Below, piece by piece: positions 48,740 through 60,272 of a stretch of DNA of 64,000 nucleotides; position 1 is the first letter of the stretch; every line of letters begins with the position of its first letter. The notes below the pieces were generated by a model. It did not search any database. It saw only the letters and a program-made list of their open reading frames with translations, and was not told the DNA's origin. Both the position numbers and the translations under genes were made by a program. This DNA is from Minisyncoccota bacterium (GTDB lineage: Bacteria > Patescibacteriota > Minisyncoccia > Phycocordibacterales > Phycocordibacteraceae). Where the stretch lies: NCBI GenBank assembly GCA_022842945.1, contig JALHOO010000002.1:25030-89029 (forward strand), written 5' to 3'.

Positions 48740-49132
48740 TTACTTAGTGTCAGATGAAAGACGTACGAAAACCTGTGAACGGCGGCGGCGAATAGGTGCT
48801 GAACGACCCATAGCACGTGGCATAGCGCGCACAATCATGCCTGCTGAGTCTACGCGGATCTCAGCAACCTTAAGAGTAGCCATGTCCTCGCCGCGAGCCT
48901 TTGCCGTAGCTGCCGCTGACTCAATGAGCTTCTTGATAGGAAGAGCTGCGCGCTTTGGGAGGAATGAGAGTGCTGCAACGGCCTCGGACACCTTCTTGCC
49001 CTTGATCATCTCCGTAACGAGACGCACCTTGCGGGGCGACTGGTTGTACGTGTCGATAGACGCGCGGATAGCCTTCTTTGCTTCCTCCTTGCGAAGTGCA
49101 GCTGGCTGCTTGTGTGTTCCGGTAGAGGCCAT
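48740..49132 (-). CDS. rplV: 50S ribosomal protein L22
   Basis: 130 aa. Confidence 0.9.
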   Translation of the reverse strand: MASTGTHKQPAALRKEEAKKAIRASIDTYNQSPRKVRLVTEMIKGKKVSEAVAALSFLPKRAALPIKKLIESAAATAKARGEDMATLKVAEIRVDSAGMIVRAMPRAMGRSAPIRRRRSQVFVRLSSDTK

Positions 49133-49134
49133 GA

Positions 49135-49482
49135 TTATTTCTTCTTAGGTGCTGCAGGGGCAGCCTTAGCAGCCTTAGCCGCTGCAATCTCAGCCTGCTG
49201 CTTCTTCTGCTCAAGCTGCTTCTGCATCTTTCCTCCGTGACGGATGAACTTCTTCGTTGGGGAGAACTCTCCAAGGCGGTGACCTACCATTTCCTCAGTA
49301 ACGAGGACGTCTACGTGTGTCTTCCCGTTATGGACACCGAATGTGAATCCGATGAACTCAGGGGAGATCTGGCTGTTGCGTGCCCACGTCTTAATAGCCG
49401 GCGTAGAAGACGGCTTCTTATCCTGAACCTTCTTCAGGAGATTTACATCAACGTATGGGCCTTTTTTAAGGGAGCGGGACAT
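49135..49482 (-). CDS. rpsS: 30S ribosomal protein S19 with Lys/Ala-rich C-terminal extension
   Basis: 115 aa, tail [23 protein letters not shown]. Confidence 0.9.
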   Translation of the reverse strand: MSRSLKKGPYVDVNLLKKVQDKKPSSTPAIKTWARNSQISPEFIGFTFGVHNGKTHVDVLVTEEMVGHRLGEFSPTKKFIRHGGKMQKQLEQKKQQAEIAAAKAAKAAPAAPKKK

Positions 49483-49562
49483 AGATAGACAATGGAAAGC
49501 CCGCCAGGCGGGATAGATAGAATCTATAGGAAACGAGGGGAAGTGTCAAATTAAGGGCTCGC

Positions 49563-50042
49563 GTGCTAGGGTTCTGCCAGACGTTCAACACAAACCAGGA
49601 GGCTCCCGTGGAACGTGCAGTAGTTGCCGTATGGTTCAACCACAGTACTCCCGGGAGATTTCCGGGTGAAAGGGGCGTATACAACACCTATGTCCTTAGG
49701 ATCGAAGATCCTGCAGGTGAACTTCAAAACCTGACAGAGAAATACCTGAAATCTTGGGACCGGTTACATGAAAGACCCGAAAGCTGGTGGCGCAGGGTCA
49801 GATGCAAGGGTCTGAAGCAGAAGGCGCTGAAGCGTGCTCTTGCCTGTCTCAAGGCGAGACCACGGCCGAATGTCACTGTCAGCGTTTCTAGCAGCGATGA
49901 ACACGTTCCTTCTTCCCCTTGGCCCTACATTGGCAAGCTTCGGGAAATGATTCTTTTTGGAGGAACGTCTCAATTCTGGATCCTAAAGGATCAGCAACTC
50001 AAGGACTTCAGAGAGGCCGTTAAGGCCGACAAACAGGACTGA
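49563..50042 (+). CDS. Hypothetical protein (159 aa) on the opposite strand inside the S10 cluster
   Basis: Divergent from rpsS. Followed by a strong terminator. No motif recognised. Confidence 0.4.
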   Translation: MLGFCQTFNTNQEAPVERAVVAVWFNHSTPGRFPGERGVYNTYVLRIEDPAGELQNLTEKYLKSWDRLHERPESWWRRVRCKGLKQKALKRALACLKARPRPNVTVSVSSSDEHVPSSPWPYIGKLREMILFGGTSQFWILKDQQLKDFREAVKADKQD

Positions 50043-50051
50043 AAGAGTTCA

Positions 50052-50084
50052 GGGGCTCCGCAACCGCGGAGCCCTTTCTTTTTG
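50052..50084 (+). terminator. Intrinsic terminator GGGGCTCCGC-AACC-GCGGAGCCC + TTTCTTTTTG
   Basis: 10-bp GC stem and T-tract. Confidence 0.75.
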
Positions 50085-50101
50085 CGCGCTATACTATTCC
50101 C

Positions 50102-50920
50102 ATGATTGACCTCACCACCCCGAACGCTCGCCGCATGGAGATCCTGGGCGTTGTTATCCTCGTTAGCATCGTTCTCATCTTTACCCTCTGGTACATGGCC
50201 ACACACGAGGCTCCACGGCCCTACACAGGCGCCCCTGAGGTTGCTACAACGACGCCTGAGGCACTTCCCCCGCAAATAGTTGAGGAACACGGCCAGTACT
50301 ACGATATAGAGGCCTCGTACCCAGGAGAAACCCTCATTAAAGCCTCTGCAGGCGCTGAGGCTGACATTGAAGCTGTAGCACTCATGGAGGACTTCGTAGA
50401 GGACACTATCAAGGATTTCAAGACCCAAGGACGTTTCGATACCCTCACCCCTGAGGACATCCAAATAATGGGTCTCTCAGACACCCGCAAGGAGAGCATC
50501 CAGATAACGTACGAAGAGAAAGAAGGACCCAAGACGGTGTCGTACGTATATACCCTCTTCGTTGATACCCTTGGCGCGCACCCCAACGCCTTCTACCGCA
50601 CCTTCACCTTCGATCGCACAACCGGCGAAGAGCTCAAGATAGAAGATCTCTTCATTCCCCGTGCCGCGTACCTTACGCGCCTTTCCGCTATCGCTGAGTT
50701 CGAGCTCTCAAAGTCCCTCGGAGATTTCGTTGATGTAGACTATATCCAACAAGGCACTGCTCCTGAGTCTCAGAACTTCCAGAGCTACAGTATCGAAGGC
50801 AACAACCTCGTACTTATATTCCCACCGTACCAGGTGGCACCCTATGCAGCAGGCACGCAGACAGTGTCCATTCCGCTCTCGCAGCTATCAGAGATTCTGA
50901 AGCCTGAGTACCAGCCATAG
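50102..50920 (+). CDS. Membrane-anchored DUF4163/DUF3298 (RsiV/PdaC C-terminal-like) domain protein
   Basis: N-terminal TM. YYDIEASYP and later motifs reminiscent of DUF4163+DUF3298. Tentative. Confidence 0.4.
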   Translation: MIDLTTPNARRMEILGVVILVSIVLIFTLWYMATHEAPRPYTGAPEVATTTPEALPPQIVEEHGQYYDIEASYPGETLIKASAGAEADIEAVALMEDFVEDTIKDFKTQGRFDTLTPEDIQIMGLSDTRKESIQITYEEKEGPKTVSYVYTLFVDTLGAHPNAFYRTFTFDRTTGEELKIEDLFIPRAAYLTRLSAIAEFELSKSLGDFVDVDYIQQGTAPESQNFQSYSIEGNNLVLIFPPYQVAPYAAGTQTVSIPLSQLSEILKPEYQP

Positions 50921-50948
50921 AACAGAGGTCTTTTCGAAGACCTCTTTC

Positions 50949-51242
50949 TTACGCCTTCTCTTCAAGCTCTGCTATGCGCCGTTCATGACCGAGCACCGTA
51001 ACCGAGTCCGTATCAATCGCGGCAAGCGCTGAAGTAAGATCGTCCTGTACGTCAGCAATGGAAGCTTTAATCTTCTCTGTATTGCGTTCAAGGGTGCTCA
51101 GGCGAACCTCCACAGAATCGACCCGCTGGTTAACCGTTAAGACCGCATCTTTCACACCGTCTATCTTCTGATTGGTTAGCGCCAGCACCTCAAGCACATC
51201 GTGAAGCGTTGGTTCGAGCTCTGAAGAAGCATCCTTAGACAT
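50949..51242 (-). CDS. Small coiled-coil protein
   Basis: 97 aa, heptad-like Leu/Val spacing. Lies right after the rplB terminator. Confidence 0.35.
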   Translation of the reverse strand: MSKDASSELEPTLHDVLEVLALTNQKIDGVKDAVLTVNQRVDSVEVRLSTLERNTEKIKASIADVQDDLTSALAAIDTDSVTVLGHERRIAELEEKA

Positions 51243-51276
51243 GGACTAATAATACACCCATCCGGAGGACAAGAAG

Positions 51277-51300
51277 AAAACCCCGCTTTCGCGGGGCTTT
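51277..51300 (-). terminator. Intrinsic terminator directly after rplB (GCCCCGC-GAAA-GCGGGGC + UUUUCUUCUUG)
   Basis: Seen in sequence. Also T-rich on the plus side. Confidence 0.7.
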
Positions 51301-51309
51301 CTCTTGTCT

Positions 51310-52155
51310 TTAGCGCTTCTTTCCAACCTTTCGGCGAGAAACAATAAACTTGTTGGAGTACTTCTTCGGTGTACGGGTCTTCTGTCCCTTTCCGGTTGGC
51401 TTACCCCACATGCTCTTCGCACGACGGAGACCACGTCCCTGCTTACCCTCACCACCTCCATGAGGATGGTCTACCGGGTTCATAGCCGTACCACGAACAG
51501 TTGGGCGGATACCCTTCCATCGGCTCTTTCCAGCCTTTCCGTAGTTCTGGAGGCGCTGCTCCTCGTTACCTACAGCACCAATAGATGCCCATGCAGACTC
51601 GATAACCTTACGGATCTCAGATGATGGCATCTTGATCTGTGCGTATCCAGCGTCATGCGCCACAATCTCAGCGTAGTTTCCAGCAGAGCGTGCAATGCGT
51701 GCACCTGCTCCTGGACGAAGCTCAACGTTGTAGATGAAGGTTCCAGAAGGAATCTTTCCAAGAGGAAGACGGTTACCAGTCTTAATTGGTGCCTTCTCAG
51801 AGACGATGAATGTGTCCCCTACCTTCATGTCCTTAGGAACCGTTACGTAGCGACGCTCTCCGTCTGCGAACACCACGAGTGCGATGAACGCGGTGCGGTA
51901 TGGGTCGTACTCGATAGTCTCAACACGTGCTGGGATGTCGTGCTTGTTGTACTTAAAGTCGACATCACGAAGACGCTTCTTGTGACCTCCACCCTGATGA
52001 CGCGTAGTGATACGTCCCGCATTGTTGCGACCTGCCTGGTTCTTCTTTGAAGAAAGAAGCGCCTTGTGCGGCTTAACGCCCGGAGTCAGTACGCCACGGT
52101 ACGTGACGACGGTCATGCTGCGACGAGATGCGGATGTTGGCTTGAATGACTTCAT
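51310..52155 (-). CDS. rplB: 50S ribosomal protein L2
   Basis: Start moved to MKSFKPTSASRR. Conserved C-terminal His. Confidence 0.9.
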   Translation of the reverse strand: MKSFKPTSASRRSMTVVTYRGVLTPGVKPHKALLSSKKNQAGRNNAGRITTRHQGGGHKKRLRDVDFKYNKHDIPARVETIEYDPYRTAFIALVVFADGERRYVTVPKDMKVGDTFIVSEKAPIKTGNRLPLGKIPSGTFIYNVELRPGAGARIARSAGNYAEIVAHDAGYAQIKMPSSEIRKVIESAWASIGAVGNEEQRLQNYGKAGKSRWKGIRPTVRGTAMNPVDHPHGGGEGKQGRGLRRAKSMWGKPTGKGQKTRTPKKYSNKFIVSRRKVGKKR

Positions 52156-52165
52156 ACTAATCAGG

Positions 52166-52543
52166 TTATGCGAAGGTGATGGTATCACCTGCCTTTAGGT
52201 ACACGTATGCCTTGTGGCGACGTGCGCGAGTTCCTACACCGCGGCGAGTGCGGAGCGCCACCTTCTTTGCCGGAAGGTTAACCATACGGACCTTCATAGG
52301 TGTCACCTTGTACGCGTTGATGATCGCGTTCGCCACATCAATCTTGGTTGCTGAAGGAGATACCTCGAAGACGTATACGCCGTTCTCAGAAGAGATAAGT
52401 GCCTTCTCAGAGAACCATGGGCGCTTCAAGACGTTCGCAAGACGCGCGTCGTCAGCTGGAAGAATCCCGCGACCCCAGTTACGGGTCTCAGACTTAGCCT
52501 TCTTGGCCTTAGTTGTCTTCTTGTCGTTAGAGAAAAGTGCCAT
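52166..52543 (-). CDS. rplW: 50S ribosomal protein L23
   Basis: 125 aa. Confidence 0.85.
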   Translation of the reverse strand: MALFSNDKKTTKAKKAKSETRNWGRGILPADDARLANVLKRPWFSEKALISSENGVYVFEVSPSATKIDVANAIINAYKVTPMKVRMVNLPAKKVALRTRRGVGTRARRHKAYVYLKAGDTITFA

Positions 52544-52553
52544 ACAAGTAGTG

Positions 52554-53321
52554 TTATGCCTTCTTTGTTAGGCGGCTAGAGAGGATCGGAAGCGCCTCAG
52601 CAGGATTCTCGATAACAAGGAACTTCTTGTTTACGAGATCAACTGGGTTCAAGTTGCGCACCTCCTCAAGCGTAAGGCTTCCGATGTTGCGGAAGGACTT
52701 CTCGCTCGTTGAGTCCTTCTTTGCGAAGGCAAAGACAGCTGCGTTCTTGCGCTTGGTTGCGAGCTCAGACACGTTAGCGCCCTTTGCAACAGCAACGAGC
52801 ATCGCCTTAGCGTCTGCAGTCTTTGGCGTTGCGAATGCGAAGGAATCTACAAAGAGAACCTGTCCGTCACGATGCTTGCGCGAGAGCACCACAGCGAGCG
52901 CTGCAGCACGCATCTTGCGGTTGATCTTAACGGAGTAGTCCTTCTCAGCGCGTGGACCATGAGTCACACCTCCACCCTTCCAAATAGGAGAGCGGGTCGA
53001 TCCGTGACGAGCGCGTCCCGTTCCCTTCTGCTTCCACGGCTTCTTGCCTCCTCCGGATACTTCTCCACGGAACTTGGTGTGTGCCGTTGTTGGGCGAGCG
53101 TTTGCCTGCATACCAACCACCACCTGGTGTACGAGGTCTGAGTTCCACGCGACGTTGAAGAGCTCTGCAGGAAGCGTTACCGATCCAGCGTTCTCTCCCT
53201 TGGCGTTCCAAATAGTTGCCTCTAGAGACACTTCCTTCTTAGCGCTCTTAGGCACGATTACAGCCGCCTCCTTCTTTACAGGAGCCTTCTTTGCGACAGT
53301 GTTCTTTGCAGGGGTAGCCAT
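52554..53321 (-). CDS. rplD: 50S ribosomal protein L4
   Basis: 255 aa. Confidence 0.9.
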   Translation of the reverse strand: MATPAKNTVAKKAPVKKEAAVIVPKSAKKEVSLEATIWNAKGENAGSVTLPAELFNVAWNSDLVHQVVVGMQANARPTTAHTKFRGEVSGGGKKPWKQKGTGRARHGSTRSPIWKGGGVTHGPRAEKDYSVKINRKMRAAALAVVLSRKHRDGQVLFVDSFAFATPKTADAKAMLVAVAKGANVSELATKRKNAAVFAFAKKDSTSEKSFRNIGSLTLEEVRNLNPVDLVNKKFLVIENPAEALPILSSRLTKKA

Positions 53322-53332
53322 AGTACTAAAAA

Positions 53333-53947
53333 TTACATCGAACGAATCTCGACGAGTGCACCAGGAGCTCCTGGAATAGCACCCGAGATGATCATCTCGC
53401 CGGTAGCAGCGTTTACCTTAAGCACCTTAAGGTTCTGTACGGTTACGCGGTCTGAACCCATGCGGCCGGCCATCTTCATGCCCTTAGCCACGCGACCTCC
53501 AGCGCGACCTCCACCACCAATCGAACCCGCCTCACGCTCAGAGTGCTTCTGACCGTGCGAGCGGCGGCCTCCATGGAACCCATGGCGCTTCACCACTCCT
53601 GCGAAGCCCTTACCCTTAGAGGTTGAGGCAACTACAACCACGTCGCCCTCTGCGAAGATGTCCGCAGAAATCTCAGCACCAACCGTAAGGTCAGTTGAGT
53701 CAACGCGGAACTCCTTCATGGCCTTGTATGCCTTGCCCTTGGTGTGGCCGAGCTGAGCCTTATTTACGCGAGCTTCCTTCTGATCCTGGAACGCGACCTG
53801 TACGGCCGAGTACTTATCAGCCCCGTCCGCTGTCTTTACCTGGGTAACGACAACCGGTCCCGCGTTAACCACGGTACCGGCGAACACCTCACCCTTGTCA
53901 TTGAAGACCTGGGTCATGCGTCCTTTGCGGGCGAGAATGAATTTCAT
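53333..53947 (-). CDS. rplC: 50S ribosomal protein L3
   Basis: Start moved to MKFILARKGRMTQVF. Confidence 0.9.
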   Translation of the reverse strand: MKFILARKGRMTQVFNDKGEVFAGTVVNAGPVVVTQVKTADGADKYSAVQVAFQDQKEARVNKAQLGHTKGKAYKAMKEFRVDSTDLTVGAEISADIFAEGDVVVVASTSKGKGFAGVVKRHGFHGGRRSHGQKHSEREAGSIGGGGRAGGRVAKGMKMAGRMGSDRVTVQNLKVLKVNAATGEMIISGAIPGAPGALVEIRSM

Positions 53948-54282
53948 AGACAAAAGAAAATCGCGCTTCAACAGCGCGTCGGCCCACAAAGGGGCTTTCG
54001 GCTGGAGGTCCGGGGTCCGAAGACGCCGTACATAGCAACTCAGGGACTATACCTGATTCTATTCCGGGATGCAAATCCTGTGCTAAAGTGCCCTCACCAT
54101 AGCTTCGTATGGAAGGGAGATCTTTTATGAGTGTCCAGGAAACTCAACACCAAGCCGAAACAACGGAAAGCCCTGAGCCGCCCGGATTCAACGAAACCGG
54201 ACCGGCGAGCTACTACGCTCCGGAAGGATTCGGCGACCCTGCCGAGCATTCCTCCGGGTATGCAGACGGCCGCATCTAGGAA

Positions 54283-54350
54283 GCCGGGCCCGGCGCAAAT
54301 GCGTGCCGGGCCCTTTCGATACAGAAAAGCGCCCCGCAAGGCGGGACGCT
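54283..54350 (-). terminator. Two tandem hairpins (GGCCCGGC-GCAAATGCGT-GCCGGGCC and AGCGCCCCGC-AAG-GCGGGACGCT + U-tract) after the 91-aa ORF
   Basis: Seen in sequence. Minus-RNA UUUUCUGUAUCG follows the proximal hairpin. Confidence 0.55.
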
Positions 54351-54625
54351 CATTTCTTCCTCCGCTTCCGATCTGCGGGAGCATCATCAGGAGCGGTCGT
54401 GAATCTTCCTCCGACCTTTTCTCCGGCGATAACAATCCCCTTCTCGTAGCGATATCTCCTCGCCTTCTTGTTCCAGAGCTTGTCCTTGAGCGGAGCCAGC
54501 CTGGTGACTCCCGTTTCCGGAGGTCGTGCGTCATGCATAGCCTTCAGGACTACTCCGACTGCGGCATTGCGTCTGTAGACGCGGAGAGTGCTCTCAAGAG
54601 GCTTGGTCTTAATCCCGTCGACCAT
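54350..54625 (-). CDS. Small basic hypothetical protein (91 aa) between rpsJ and rplC
   Basis: Own terminators on both sides. KGIVIAGEKVGGRFT motif. Lys/Arg-rich tail. Confidence 0.4.
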   Translation of the reverse strand: MVDGIKTKPLESTLRVYRRNAAVGVVLKAMHDARPPETGVTRLAPLKDKLWNKKARRYRYEKGIVIAGEKVGGRFTTAPDDAPADRKRRKK

Positions 54626-54684
54626 GATTCGAACCTTTCAAACAACGAACAGAAGAAGAGCATACACCCGTATACACAAAAGCA

Positions 54685-54708
54685 AAACCGCCCTCTCGGG
54701 CGGTTTTG
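54685..54708 (-). terminator. Intrinsic terminator after rpsJ (AAAACCGCCC-TCTC-GGGCGGTTTT)
   Basis: 10-bp stem. UUUUGCUUUUGUGU on the minus RNA. Confidence 0.75.
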
Positions 54709-54723
54709 CTTCTCCCTTTCGGG

Positions 54724-55080
54724 TTAGACCATCTTCACATCAATCGTCACGCCTGAAGGCAGGGTGAGGTTCGTGAGAGCCTCGATAACCTTAGGGTTTG
54801 GACTGAGGATGTCGATCAAACGCTTGTGGATGCGCATTTCGAACTGCTCACGTGCGTCCTTGTGGACGAAGGTTGAGCGGTTCACGGTCCAGCGCTTGAT
54901 TTCGGTTGGAAGAGGCACAGGTCCTACGGTCTTCGCATCAAAGCGAGACGCGGTGTCCATGATCTGCTTCACCGAGAGGTCCAGGATCTTGTGCTCGTAG
55001 GCACGAACGCGGATCCGGAGCTTCGGCTCGCTTGGTGCCTCGGCAACCTTCTTGACGGTCTTCTTCGCGGTTGTAGCCAT
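54724..55080 (-). CDS. rpsJ: 30S ribosomal protein S10
   Basis: 118 aa. Confidence 0.9.
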   Translation of the reverse strand: MATTAKKTVKKVAEAPSEPKLRIRVRAYEHKILDLSVKQIMDTASRFDAKTVGPVPLPTEIKRWTVNRSTFVHKDAREQFEMRIHKRLIDILSPNPKVIEALTNLTLPSGVTIDVKMV

Positions 55081-55102
55081 ACGAGTAAGAAGTTAAAGCG
55101 GA

Positions 55103-56308
55103 TTAGGCGACGATCTTTGTGACCACACCAGCACCCACCGTCTTGCCACCCTCGCGAACCGAGAAGCGGAAGTTGTCCTCAAGCGCGATTGGCGCTGTGA
55201 GCTTTACCTTGAAGGTAACGGTGTCGCCTGGCATAACCATCTCCTTTCCTTCTGGAAGCGTAACCTCGCCCGTAACGTCCGTTGTACGAACGTAGAACTG
55301 TGGCTTGTAACCAGAGAAGAATGGGGTGTGGCGGCCTCCCTCGTCCTTGGAGAGGATGTACACCTCAGCCTCGAACTCAGTGTGTGGCTTTACGGAGCCG
55401 AGCTTCGCAAGCACCTGTCCGCGATGGACGTCCTCCTTCTTCGTACCGCGAAGAAGGATACCAGCGTTGTCGCCAGCCTGTCCCTCCTGGAGCTGCTTGT
55501 TGAACATCTCGATACCGGTGACGGTTGTCTTGACCGTGTCCTTAAGACCAACGATCTCGATTTCCTCGCCCACCTTGATAACACCGCGCTCGATGCGTCC
55601 GGTGATAACGGTACCGCGTCCTTCAATCGAGAAGATGTCCTCGATAGGCATGAGGAACGGCTTGTCGAGCTCGCGCTCAGGCTGTGGGAAGTACGTGTCC
55701 ATAGTGTCCACGAGCTCCTTAACCTTAAGTGCCCACTCGTCGTTCGCGTCAGTTGCGTTAAGCGCGCGAAGTCCAGAACCGCGAATGATCGGGGTAGCTG
55801 CACCGTCGTAGCCCTGCTTGGTAAGAAGCTCGCGCATCTCTTCCTCAACGAGGTCGAGCATGTCTACGTCCTCCACCATGTCCGTCTTGTTGAGGAACAC
55901 GATGAGACGTGGAACACCCACCTGCTTTGCAAGGAGAATGTGCTCACGAGTCTGTGGCATCGCACCGTCTGTTGCCGCAACCACGAGTACTGCGCCGTCC
56001 ATCTGGGCAGCTCCCGTAATCATGTTCTTGATGTAGTCGGCGTGGCCTGGAGCGTCGATGTGCGCGTAGTGGCGGTTCGGGCTCTCGTACTCAGAGTGGT
56101 GAAGGGCGATGGTAATACCACGAGCCTTCTCCTCAGGAGCGTTGTCGATGTTGTCGACGTTCTCCGCGCGGGCCTTGTAGCCTGCAGCGGTGTTGAGGTT
56201 GAGCACATTGAGAATACCGGCGGTGAGCGTGGTCTTTCCGTGGTCCACGTGACCGATGGTACCCACGTTCATGTGCGGCTTGCTTCGGTCGAATGCTTCT
56301 GCTGCCAT
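55103..56308 (-). CDS. tuf: Elongation factor Tu
   Basis: [15 protein letters not shown], NKxD. 401 aa. Confidence 0.97.
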   Translation of the reverse strand: MAAEAFDRSKPHMNVGTIGHVDHGKTTLTAGILNVLNLNTAAGYKARAENVDNIDNAPEEKARGITIALHHSEYESPNRHYAHIDAPGHADYIKNMITGAAQMDGAVLVVAATDGAMPQTREHILLAKQVGVPRLIVFLNKTDMVEDVDMLDLVEEEMRELLTKQGYDGAATPIIRGSGLRALNATDANDEWALKVKELVDTMDTYFPQPERELDKPFLMPIEDIFSIEGRGTVITGRIERGVIKVGEEIEIVGLKDTVKTTVTGIEMFNKQLQEGQAGDNAGILLRGTKKEDVHRGQVLAKLGSVKPHTEFEAEVYILSKDEGGRHTPFFSGYKPQFYVRTTDVTGEVTLPEGKEMVMPGDTVTFKVKLTAPIALEDNFRFSVREGGKTVGAGVVTKIVA

Positions 56309-56944
56309 ACGATTGGTAGGTTATTGGTAGCTAAAAATAAATTTTTGCCGCCGCGCCTGCCTGTTTGAAGACAGGCGACCAAGGCGAAGGTCGGACTAAC
56401 CCGCGCAACGCCTTTCAGCCATCCCGACCTCCGTAAGGAGAGGAACATTGAAAAGAGCGCCGTATTTCGCGTTACTTCTTAAACTACCGGAGCTGGGGCC
56501 CTCGGTCAAGCGCAAAAGATAGAGGCGACCCTAAGGCCGCCTCCTTTTCCTCCCCCAGAGCCGCTTCAAGGGAGAGCCCACCAGGTCCCTGTTCTCATAG
56601 AGGAGAGCACTAACGACCAGTATGGCCACCACGGTGCGTAGGGGCCATGTGGCGAGTGTCGAACCGAGTGACACGGATTTGCCCGTATTCTGAGCGTTCT
56701 TGGTCATATTCCCCTCCCAGGGTTACCCGTTCATGATAGTCAAAACCGTTCGGATACAAAGACATGAGCCCTGCATCCACGGCGCCGTACCAGGATTCTT
56801 CAGTAGCTACCGCAGGCAGCATATCCAAAGACAGCATAGTGCTCCCAAGAAGGAGATTCTTTCTGGATGTTCTCATTACAATGCCCTTCGTGTGCGTCTA
56901 CTTGCACGATACGTGACTAACAAAAAACAGCAAACCAGTAGGAG

Positions 56945-57601
56945 CTACTGGAACTTAAAGGACGAAACGATGCGATCGTATACCGCTTCCTGGCCCATGG
57001 CGACGGCAATAGTGTAGACCTGCATATCATGCAGGAATACGCTTGCGCGGGTCTCATTCTCCGCACCTGCCGGATAGTTAGCGACGCGAATCTGTGTCGC
57101 CTTCTCCCCTCCTATCGTGCGGGAAGATTCAGTGATGCGACCTGCTCGATACTCAGTACGAAGCGCATCGAGTGTCTTATCAAGGCTCACATTCACATTC
57201 TCCTTCTCGAAGACTACGGTTGCCAAACAGTCCCCCGTTGAATCCTTAAGCTTCATGCAGATGGTTGTCTGTGGGTCTACAGACGTTGCTGAGGCAATCC
57301 AGTTGTCTGGATACGAGAAGCTAAAGCCGAACTCTGAGTTCTCATAAGTCTGATATGTCTGCGACGCAGGTACTTCCTCTCCAGGAGCGGCCGGGGCTCC
57401 AGGCTCAACTGGCTGGGGACGAATAACCGCGTCAGACGCGCTCTGAGACGCATCACGAAGCGCCGGTACTGAGTCGAGGTACCCATGGTCTGGTGTGCGA
57501 CTCCACCAGTACAAATACGCATATGCGCCCAGGGCAACTACCACGAGCACAGCGAGCATTATCTTCGTTCTTTTGGTGATCATATATACGAACCGTAGCA
57601 C
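56945..57601 (-). CDS. Secreted/membrane-anchored hypothetical protein between fusA and tuf
   Basis: N-terminal TM/signal. Pro/Ala-rich linker. ~120-aa C-terminal beta-rich domain. Confidence 0.45.
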   Translation of the reverse strand: MLRFVYMITKRTKIMLAVLVVVALGAYAYLYWWSRTPDHGYLDSVPALRDASQSASDAVIRPQPVEPGAPAAPGEEVPASQTYQTYENSEFGFSFSYPDNWIASATSVDPQTTICMKLKDSTGDCLATVVFEKENVNVSLDKTLDALRTEYRAGRITESSRTIGGEKATQIRVANYPAGAENETRASVFLHDMQVYTIAVAMGQEAVYDRIVSSFKFQ

Positions 57602-57649
57602 AAGAGCCGCCCCAGACGGGACGGCTCTGTGTACAGCACAGCGAATGAA

Positions 57650-59797
<2,148 letters not shown>

Positions 59798-59871
59798 TTT
59801 GTAAGAGATATAAAGTAAAAAGCCGCCTGGGCGTTACCTACAAGATACGTTTTAGAGACCCAAAAGGCAAG

Positions 59872-59900
59872 AAAAGGGGTCGCGAGCATGCGACCCCTTT
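59872..59900 (-). terminator. Intrinsic terminator after the KGG gene and before the fusA promoter region (GGGGTCGC-GAGCAT-GCGACCCC + UUUUCUUGCC)
   Basis: Seen in sequence. Confidence 0.7.
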
Positions 59901-59917
59901 CACATAGTTCCCGAGAC

Positions 59918-60178
59918 CTACTTCATCGGATGGATGCCGAAGTCGTCCTGGGGCCGAACTGGCTCCGCAGCCGGCTTCTTCCTCCTGGACCCGTGGCTGT
60001 TTTCGCCGCCCTTCCTGCCGGCCTTAGCCGCAAGGGCTCGATCCTGGCTGAACGACCGCTTGTCGCCTGGAACCGATGCGCCGCCCTTGCGAGCGAGCTC
60101 GCGCTGGCGCTCAGGGTCCATCGACGCGAACCCGCGCCGGCTTGTTCCAGGAATCTTCTCTTCAGGCGCGTTGGCCAT
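59918..60178 (-). CDS. KGG-repeat stress-induced protein (YciG-like)
   Basis: ARKGGASVPG and AGRKGGENSHG repeats. 86 aa. Confidence 0.6.
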   Translation of the reverse strand: MANAPEEKIPGTSRRGFASMDPERQRELARKGGASVPGDKRSFSQDRALAAKAGRKGGENSHGSRRKKPAAEPVRPQDDFGIHPMK

Positions 60179-60272
60179 GACCTTCTCCTCCTCTATCCAG
60201 CTTGAGTGCTGGTCTGTGGCCGAGTATACGCCTCAAAGATTAGAGGTAAAGAATAGGGTGCGTCTCTTATGT

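Noticed and set aside
55328-56368. 346-aa plus-strand ORF
   Set aside because: Lies entirely antisense to the unmistakable tuf gene. Low-complexity Leu/Val/Arg composition typical of a shadow ORF.
56340-56950. RNase P RNA or SRP RNA call
   Set aside because: Only short, gapped resemblance to P10-P12 (GUAAGG...AAGAGCGC) and to CAGGUCC. Could not find the P4 pairing partners (AGGAAAGUCCGGGCUCC / ACAGAACCCGGCUUA) by eye. Reported as an unexplained noncoding block instead.
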